The position numbers and the translations under genes were made by a program. The notes beneath the pieces are model-generated. The model had not been told where the DNA came from and made no database searches. It worked only from the letters and a program-made list of their open reading frames with translations. 64,000 nt of DNA, taken from contig OY760183.1 in NCBI GenBank assembly GCA_963663275.1, positions 3,168,001 through 3,232,000 on the forward strand. Direction: 5' to 3'. Shown here piece after piece: positions 57,440 to 64,000 of the stretch; within the stretch, counting starts at the first letter, position 1, and the number at the start of each line of letters is the position of its first letter. The stretch is from Chloroflexota bacterium (GTDB lineage Bacteria; Chloroflexota; UBA11872; VXOZ01).

Positions 57440-59239
57440 TCAAGGGGATGCGTCCCACCGCAGCGCGTGTTCGCCAGGCTCCAGCGTCCGGGTGACCGCG
57501 TGGAAGCGGAAGCCGTAACGTTCGACACGGCGCGAGGCCGCGGGCCGGCCGTCGAATTGAAGGCCGCGTTCGTCATCGCCAACGTCCAGCACAAGCAGCG
57601 TCGCGTCCTCGAGCGGCGCGTCCACGCGCAGGCCGGCGCCGGTTTCGTTCACGTCGGCGAACGCCAGCGTGCGGCGGCCCCGCTCCCAGGCGTTGATCTC
57701 CCGCGCGGTCCACCACGGCAGACCCAGTTTCCGCGCGTAGCGCACCGTGTCCGCCATGGCCGCCGGAACGCCGGGCCGCAGGCAGTGGTGCGGATGGAAG
57801 AGGAAGTGCGCCACGCCGTAGTGCCGCTTCACCCGATCGATGAGCGGCTCGGCAATGGCGTACGGCGCGTACTCGTCCACCGGCGCGTCGGGATGGATGG
57901 CCGGATTCACCATGTCCTGGCTGAGAAAATTGACTTCCAGCACGTCGTAGAAGCGGCCGGACTCCGGTTCCATCGGGAACCAGGGGTGCGCGCTGCCAAA
58001 GAGGTGGCCGGTATTGCCGTCCTTGGAAGGGCCTTTCGACTGGTCGTGCGCGATGCCCAGACGCTCCAGCCACCGGTAGAACTCCAGATGGCCTTCCCAG
58101 CGGGTGTAGTGGTTCTTGTTGCTGGTGATGGTCTCCAGGCCGGCCTCGCGCCGCAGGTATTCCCACTGGAAGGCCAGATCGTCGTAGTCCCAGCGGTTCG
58201 GCTCCTTGCCCGAGAGCGCGTCGAAGTGCAGGCAGACTTCGCTGCCGTAGTCCGCCACCGCATCGTACAGCGCGCGCGTGTAGCCCGGATACTGGATGCA
58301 CCACGTGGAGCGCACGTCGAGGCCGCGGGTGTTCTCCAGCAGTTGGAACGCGCGGTCGAGCACGTTGTTGTCGGAATCGTGGGAGAGGTGCGCCACCGCT
58401 TCCAGGCCGCCGGGCCAGTACCAGAGCAGCGGCAGCGGGGTAGCCGTATGCAGCGCGCCGTAAAAGACGCTGCGCAGCAGGATGGCGCGCAGTTCGTCGC
58501 CGACGGCTTCACGGAAGAACGGCAGCGGGGCGTCGGAGGCCCGGTCCGTCTGCCAGTCCAGCACGACGCCGTCGTCGCACTTCAGGATGCCGTCGTCCAC
58601 GTTCGCCGTGCCGTCGGGCGCGGGCGCGCCGTCCTGGCGCACGGGCTTGCCTTGCAACATGTGGAGGATGCACCAGGGCAGGTCCGCCGCGCAGAAGATG
58701 CCAAGCCCCCGCTGGAGGCGGTAGACGCCGATCCCCACGCCGATGCGCTTCCCCTCCGCATCGCAGAGGTCCGCCAGCACGCCGGTCCCGGCCGCCCGCG
58801 CCGTCACGGCGTCCCAGACGTGTAACGACGATTGCAATCCACGCACCACCGGATGCTCCGTCCGGGTGACCCGCAAGAACGCCTCATGCGCGCCCGTCTG
58901 CGTGCGCACGCCGAAGAGATCGTCGAGGCCGCTCGTGCCGCCCAGCCCGATCAGAACGCCGCCCGCGGCCACGAAACCGTAGAGCCGGCCCATCTCCGGC
59001 GTGGTAACGTCGTGGTGCGGCAGGATGAGCGCCCTGACGGTCGCCAACGCCTCCGGCAATGATGCGGCGTCTATCCGCGTAAACGGAATGCCCGCGTGTG
59101 CCAGAATCTCCAGCACGTACGCGCTGCGCGGCCGGTAGCCGCCTTCGTGCAGATAGACGCCAAGCGGCTGGACGCCGGGATGCATAATTCCAACTCCGTA
59201 ATCGCGCCGGGGCCATGCAGTTGCCAAGCCCCTCGTCAC
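57440..59239 (-). CDS. Hypothetical protein with polysaccharide-deacetylase/NodB-like domain
   Basis: LSHDSD, E..LH, NKNHY, FLFHP pattern; start may be ~59185. Confidence 0.6.
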   Translation of the reverse strand: MTRGLATAWPRRDYGVGIMHPGVQPLGVYLHEGGYRPRSAYVLEILAHAGIPFTRIDAASLPEALATVRALILPHHDVTTPEMGRLYGFVAAGGVLIGLGGTSGLDDLFGVRTQTGAHEAFLRVTRTEHPVVRGLQSSLHVWDAVTARAAGTGVLADLCDAEGKRIGVGIGVYRLQRGLGIFCAADLPWCILHMLQGKPVRQDGAPAPDGTANVDDGILKCDDGVVLDWQTDRASDAPLPFFREAVGDELRAILLRSVFYGALHTATPLPLLWYWPGGLEAVAHLSHDSDNNVLDRAFQLLENTRGLDVRSTWCIQYPGYTRALYDAVADYGSEVCLHFDALSGKEPNRWDYDDLAFQWEYLRREAGLETITSNKNHYTRWEGHLEFYRWLERLGIAHDQSKGPSKDGNTGHLFGSAHPWFPMEPESGRFYDVLEVNFLSQDMVNPAIHPDAPVDEYAPYAIAEPLIDRVKRHYGVAHFLFHPHHCLRPGVPAAMADTVRYARKLGLPWWTAREINAWERGRRTLAFADVNETGAGLRVDAPLEDATLLVLDVGDDERGLQFDGRPAASRRVERYGFRFHAVTRTLEPGEHALRWDASP

Positions 59240-59277
59240 CGCCGCGCCGTTGCCGCCGGCGCGCCATCTTCATTCAC

Positions 59278-59560
59278 CGTAGCGCGGGGGCTTGTCCCCC
59301 GCCTCCGCACCGGCGGTCACCTACTTAACGGCGAACGACGGTCGCGCCCGGCTCGTACCTCACCTCGGTAGGGGCGGTTCGCGAACCGCCCCTACGTGAA
59401 CGTACCGCCGGTCGCATGGCATTGGGTCAACCCATCTGCGCGGGGGCGGCAGGGTTGCGCTCTCTCCGTTCACCGTAGCGCGGGGGCTTGTCCCCCGCCT
59501 CCGGACTCCGCTCGCGCACACGCGACGACGGCGGGCGCAGGTTACAAACCTGCGCTACCG
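59278..59560. repeat. REP-like cluster of three families
   Basis: GTAGCGCGGGGGCTTGTCCCCCGC x2, GTAGGGGCGGTTCGCGAACCGCCCCTAC, GCGCAGGTTACAAACCTGCGCTAC. Confidence 0.75.
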
Positions 59561-59667
59561 GAGGCGGAATCGCCTTAATCGGCTATGCACACGGCTATAA
59601 CCACCGGAGGCGAAATCGCACAAAATCGGCTATGCAAACGCCAAGGACCGCCGCACGCCCACACCGC

Positions 59668-61161
59668 CTAATCCCCTTTGAGGCTCAGCGGCTGGCCGAT
59701 CTCGTGGATGCGGATCAGGTTCGTCGTGCCGCCCACGCCGAACGGCATACCGGCCGTGAAGACCACCGTATCGCCGTCCCGCACGTGGCCCGCGTTCTTT
59801 GCCAGTTCCACGGCCTCGCGCATTGCCATGTCGGTATCGGTCTTCACCGTAGCCAGCAGCGGTTCCGTGCCCCAACTCAGGGCGAGTTGGCGCCAGATCG
59901 ACACGTCGGGCGTCACCGCCAGCAGTTGCACGTGGGGGCGCAGGCGGGCCAACATGCGGGCCGTGTAGCCCGATTGGGTCAGGGCGAAGATCGCCGTCGC
60001 GCCCAGTTCCTCGGCGATGCGGTGCGTAGCCGTGGCAATCGCGTCGGTCGCGTCGCTGGCGTCGACGGCGCCGGAACTCTCCACGTGCGGGTCGACGCTG
60101 GTCGCTATGCGCGCCATCACCGAAACGGCCTCCACCGGAAAGGGGCCGATCGCCGTCTCGCCGGAGAGCATCACCGCGTCGCTGCCGTCCAGGATTGCGT
60201 TCGCCACGTCGCTGGCCTCGGCCCGGGTCGGCACCGGATTTTGCATCATCGATTCCAGCATTTGGGTGGCCGTAATCACCGGCTTGCCCCACGCGCGCGC
60301 TTTCCGGATGATTGTCTTCTGGTGCAGCGGCACCTCTTCCGGCGGCACCTGCACGCCCAGGTCGCCCCGCGCCACCATGATGCCGTCCGCCGCCGCCAGG
60401 ATTTCGTCGAAGTGCTCGATCGCCTCCTGGGTCTCGATCTTGGCGATGATGGGAATGGTCGCGCCGTGGTTCAGCATCAACTGCCGCAGTATCTCGATGT
60501 CCGTCCCTGTGCGCACGTAGGAGAGCGCCACCCAATCCACCTCCTGCTCCACGGCAAAGCGCACGTCTTCCCAATCCTTGGCGGTGAGGCTGGGCAGATT
60601 GAGGCTGCGCCCGCGCACCACCACCGCCTTGCCGCTGATAAGTTCACCGGCGCGAATCACCCGCGCGAACACCGCGGCTTGCTCTGACTTTACCCGCGTC
60701 GCGATCACTTCCACCGCAATCAAGCCGTCGTCGAGCAGGATCGTATCGCCCGGCCGCGTCTCCGCGGCCAAGCGGGCGAAGCGCACCGGCGCCAATTCAA
60801 CGCTGGGCGCTTCAGGATCCAGCGATTGCGCGAAGTCGCACAAGCTCTGGCGCGCCGCCGCGTCGCTCTCTTCACCGTCCACCGTGAGGATGAGGAGTCC
60901 GCCCAACTCCAGGCGCAGCGGCGCGTCGGCAAGCGCGCCCACGCGCACCTTCGGACCTTGCAGGTCGGCAATGATGGGCAGGGTCGCGCCTTCCGCGGCC
61001 GCCAACCGGCGCAGCAATCCAATGGACCGCGCCTGCGACTCATGGGTGCCGTGGGAAAAGTTGACCCGCGCCACGTCCAGCCCGGCCCGCACCATGGCGC
61101 GCAGTGTATCCTCGTTCGCGGTTTCCGGGCCGATGGTGGCCACGATGCGTGTGCGGCGCAT
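59668..61161 (-). CDS. pyk: Pyruvate kinase
   Basis: RRTRIVATIGP, RVNFSHG, DLQGPKVR, IAKIE, MVARGDLGV, ATQMLESM, DAVMLSGET. Confidence 0.98.
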   Translation of the reverse strand: MRRTRIVATIGPETANEDTLRAMVRAGLDVARVNFSHGTHESQARSIGLLRRLAAAEGATLPIIADLQGPKVRVGALADAPLRLELGGLLILTVDGEESDAAARQSLCDFAQSLDPEAPSVELAPVRFARLAAETRPGDTILLDDGLIAVEVIATRVKSEQAAVFARVIRAGELISGKAVVVRGRSLNLPSLTAKDWEDVRFAVEQEVDWVALSYVRTGTDIEILRQLMLNHGATIPIIAKIETQEAIEHFDEILAAADGIMVARGDLGVQVPPEEVPLHQKTIIRKARAWGKPVITATQMLESMMQNPVPTRAEASDVANAILDGSDAVMLSGETAIGPFPVEAVSVMARIATSVDPHVESSGAVDASDATDAIATATHRIAEELGATAIFALTQSGYTARMLARLRPHVQLLAVTPDVSIWRQLALSWGTEPLLATVKTDTDMAMREAVELAKNAGHVRDGDTVVFTAGMPFGVGGTTNLIRIHEIGQPLSLKGD

Positions 61162-61167
61162 AACTCT

Positions 61168-62763
61168 CTACTCCAACCAGCCTATGCGTATCAGGTACTC
61201 ATCGCCGATCAGCCCCAGCAAGACCGGCGTCTCGGCCTCCGGATAGTGTTCCAGCCGAGCGAACTCGAAGTACTGCGTATACACGACTTGGCCGTTCCGC
61301 TGCTCCTCATCCGCCGCCGGAGCGATTGGAGCGCCCAATGACTCGCGCCCGTTGTTGCTCGTGTAGAAACTCACGAACACCGGGTCTACGGCGTACTGCC
61401 CGTTCGACGTATCCGATTGTCCCGCGGCCGCGCCAAAGCGCAGCATCGCGCCGAGCGGCGACTGGGCCGCCCGCTCGCCTCCCTCGTCGGTCACGATCTC
61501 CAGCCGCGCCCGTTGGAAGTATTGTACCGTTTTGCCGCTCTCACCGATAGCGTCCGTGCGGGGATAGCCGAAGCGCGTCACCCCGCCGTTGGCAACGAAG
61601 AAGCGAAGGAACGGCTCTCTGACCGTATGCCCGGTAACGGCAAAGTAGAGTTCTGAACCGGACTCGCCGTGGGGCGGCGACTGCGGCGAGGCCGGCGTAA
61701 ACCTCTGCCAGTACGCGCCGCCCGCGCTTGCCACGAAGAGATGCGTATATGCCGGTCCGGCCGCGACTACGGCATCGCTGATCGGCGGCATGGCGTAGGG
61801 CAGGTCTATCCCAACCCACGACACCCCGCCGTTCGTCGAGCGATAGAGCGCGTCCGCCGCTATCAGCAGCAGGTTTCGCCCCGCTCCGTTTGGCTCCACC
61901 AGCAGTTTGTGCGGAGTCTCCGTTGGCAGCGCGCCAATCAACCCCCACTGCTCCCCACGATCGTTGGAAAGGAAGAGTCCGCTTGGCGTAGCGGCGTAGA
62001 GCCGGACCGGCTCGCTTCCGGTGACGGCAAGACCGAGCGCCGCCTCCTGCGGCAAGCCGGCGTTCGCCAAGTGCCAGGTGCTCCCGCCGTCGAGCGAGCG
62101 GTAGAGCCCGCTGCCGGTCCCGGCGGTTGCACTCGTCACGGACGCGGCAAAGAGAGTATGCGAGCGGGCCGGGTCGGCGGCCAGGGCCACCGCGCCGGCC
62201 ACGTGGCCCAGCCGGTCCCGGGGCAGGCCGGCGTCGATGCGCCGCCAGTAGCGGCCGCCGTCCACGCTGCGGAAGATGCCGCCCAGTTCGGCGCCGGCGT
62301 AGACCACCTGCGGGTTCAGCGCGTTGTAGGCAATGGCAATCACCGGCGCCACGATGCCCGGCAGGCGCGTCCACGTCGCGCCGCCGTCCGTGGTGCGGTG
62401 CAGCCCCAGCGCGCCGGCCGCCAGCGCCATGTTCGCGTCTGCGGGATGCGGCGCGATGAGCCACGGCACACCGCTCGGCATCCACGACTGCCGGTCTTGC
62501 GCCCACGCGCCGGGGTCTTGCGCGTTCACCCAAAGCTGCCAGACCCGCTGCATCTCACCCGACGGGGACGCGGTGCCGGAGTGCCAGGGAGTCCCCGACG
62601 CCGCGGCCGCCGCGCCCACCGCAGCCGTGCAGAGCGCCGCCGCCAGCAGCAAGGCGAGCGCGCCGCGGCGCGTGGCGCGCGCAAGACCGGCGGCCTTCCT
62701 CCAAACCCTATTGTTCAGCAGGAATGAGACGCAGTTGTTGCCCAATCTGGATGGTGTTGGCAT
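61168..62763 (-). CDS. Secreted BNR/beta-propeller protein with Chloroflexota-type C-terminal repeats
   Basis: Repeated (S/T)xDGG.TW motifs; YFAVTGHTV...FGYP...QYFQRARLE and QYFEFARLE; start uncertain. Confidence 0.75.
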   Translation of the reverse strand: MPTPSRLGNNCVSFLLNNRVWRKAAGLARATRRGALALLLAAALCTAAVGAAAAASGTPWHSGTASPSGEMQRVWQLWVNAQDPGAWAQDRQSWMPSGVPWLIAPHPADANMALAAGALGLHRTTDGGATWTRLPGIVAPVIAIAYNALNPQVVYAGAELGGIFRSVDGGRYWRRIDAGLPRDRLGHVAGAVALAADPARSHTLFAASVTSATAGTGSGLYRSLDGGSTWHLANAGLPQEAALGLAVTGSEPVRLYAATPSGLFLSNDRGEQWGLIGALPTETPHKLLVEPNGAGRNLLLIAADALYRSTNGGVSWVGIDLPYAMPPISDAVVAAGPAYTHLFVASAGGAYWQRFTPASPQSPPHGESGSELYFAVTGHTVREPFLRFFVANGGVTRFGYPRTDAIGESGKTVQYFQRARLEIVTDEGGERAAQSPLGAMLRFGAAAGQSDTSNGQYAVDPVFVSFYTSNNGRESLGAPIAPAADEEQRNGQVVYTQYFEFARLEHYPEAETPVLLGLIGDEYLIRIGWLE

Positions 62764-63181
62764 TCTGGATGTTATTGAGCTCGATTAAGTTCGCCACAGT
62801 GGTATTGTACTTGCTCGCTATGGCGCTCAGCGACTCGCCCCACTGCACAACGTGGTACTCGGGTTGCGGCGGCGGCGTGGGCGTGGCGGGAACCGGACTG
62901 GGCGTGGGCGGAATAGGCGTAATGGCCATGGTCGCGCCGGCCTGGGCGGACTGCTCGACGCCGGCGGCTTGCGTGTCTCGACCCAATACCCAGAGCGTCA
63001 CCCCGCCGCTCACCAAGAGCACCGCGAGCACCAGACTAATCCCAAGCCGCAGCATTTGACCGCGCCCGTGGGACAACGGCCGCAAGTCGCTGCGTCTGCT
63101 CACCGAGTGCCACCGCTGCGGCGGGGCGGCGGCCAAGAGTGACGAACTAAGAGGTGGGCGGATTCTTTCATTCGCGTCCAT
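62708..63181 (-). CDS. LysM peptidoglycan-binding membrane protein
   Basis: TM segment, Pro/Thr linker, YHVVQWGESLSAIASKYNTTV..L..LNNI.N.N.I..GQ.L. Confidence 0.9.
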   Translation of the reverse strand: MDANERIRPPLSSSLLAAAPPQRWHSVSRRSDLRPLSHGRGQMLRLGISLVLAVLLVSGGVTLWVLGRDTQAAGVEQSAQAGATMAITPIPPTPSPVPATPTPPPQPEYHVVQWGESLSAIASKYNTTVANLIELNNIQNANTIQIGQQLRLIPAEQ

Positions 63182-63262
63182 AGGGGGATTACCTGCCATA
63201 CACTGCAAGAGGAAGAAGCTGAACCGAGGGGAACGAACGAGCGAGGATGCCGGCGCAATGCG

Positions 63263-64000
63263 CTAGCCGAAAGCGTACACGAAGATCAGGTCATTCACGT
63301 TGGTGTTGGTCGGCCCCGTGACCAGGAGCGCGTCCGCCTGCCGCAGAAAATGGTAGGAGTCGTTGCGTTCCAGGAAAGCCAGCGGGTCCAGGCCCAGCGC
63401 CCGCGCCCGGGCGAGCACCGCGCCGTCGGCAATGCCGCCGGCCGCGTCGGTAGGGCCGTCGGTGCCGTCGGTGCCTGCCGCCATCACCGCCACGTTTTCC
63501 CAGCCGTCCAGCGCGACGGAGGCGGCCAGCGCCATCTCTTGGCTGCGCCCGCCCGCGCCGTCGCCGCGCACCGTAACCGTGGTCTCGCCGCCGAAGATAA
63601 GGCACGCCGGCGGTGGGACGGGGGAGTGGTGGTGAATCAGACCCTTGGCGACTCCAGCCATCACCTTGGCAACCTCACGCGCCTCGCCTTCCACCCAGGT
63701 GGTGACCAGGACTGTATTATACCCTAACGCCGTGGCCGCGTCCAGCGCGGCCCGGGCCGCAATCTCGTTGCTGCCCACCAGCACGCCGGCCGTCCGCTCG
63801 AAAAGTGGGTCGCCGGCCTTGGGCGTCTCCGCAATCGCCCCCTCCAGGCCGCGCCGGAGTTGTGCGCGCACCCTCGCCGGCACGGCCTCCTGCAAGCCGT
63901 AGTTGCCCAGGAGCCGCCAGGCGTCCTGGAACGTGGTCGAGTCCGGCACCGTGGGCCCGGACGCGATGAAGTCCAGCGGATTCCCCACCACGTCGGAGAG
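63263..64000 (-). CDS. Glycerate kinase type 2 (MOFRL family), 5'-truncated by window edge
   Basis: IASGPT, GGETTV, GGRSQE, GTDGTDGPTDAAG, TGPTNTNVND. Confidence 0.93.
   Translation of the reverse strand, partial: LSDVVGNPLDFIASGPTVPDSTTFQDAWRLLGNYGLQEAVPARVRAQLRRGLEGAIAETPKAGDPLFERTAGVLVGSNEIAARAALDAATALGYNTVLVTTWVEGEAREVAKVMAGVAKGLIHHHSPVPPPACLIFGGETTVTVRGDGAGGRSQEMALAASVALDGWENVAVMAAGTDGTDGPTDAAGGIADGAVLARARALGLDPLAFLERNDSYHFLRQADALLVTGPTNTNVNDLIFVYAFG

Overview
High-GC bacterial DNA, most likely a Chloroflexota sponge symbiont (inferred from Chloroflexota-type 'FxxTGH...FGYP...QYF' repeats, a SupA-type PKS, PhyH and Fn3-like repeat proteins). An intact tRNA-Val(GAC) on the minus strand (35456-35532) divides the window. 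Left of it (downstream of the tRNA) is a >35 kb accessory island. It starts with a putative defence cluster: exonuclease-RecQ-UvrD fusion, PLD-nuclease/ATPase, TA module, MTase-REase fusion and GHKL/MORC-like ATPase-nuclease. Cargo modules follow: PhyH, MATE, orphan antitoxin, katG, SupA-type PKS and a repeat-rich surface protein. The modules are separated by decayed copies of the same tRNA-Val. Three copies keep a complete sigma70 tRNA-type promoter (TTG-N17-TGcTATACT) although the tRNA body has decayed, and nearly all cargo is co-oriented with these promoters. No intact integrase is present. Several cassettes are bracketed by diverged direct repeats, and an IS30 is nested in a REP palindrome inside a MITE upstream of katG. 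Right of the tRNA lie metabolic and core genes (CoA-transferase/thiolase/SDR, SBP, MetE-like, Gfo/Idh/MocA, zwf, pgi, tal, rpiB, pyk, LysM, glycerate kinase) with many REP-like palindromes. All family assignments come from motif recognition by eye; no database searches were run.
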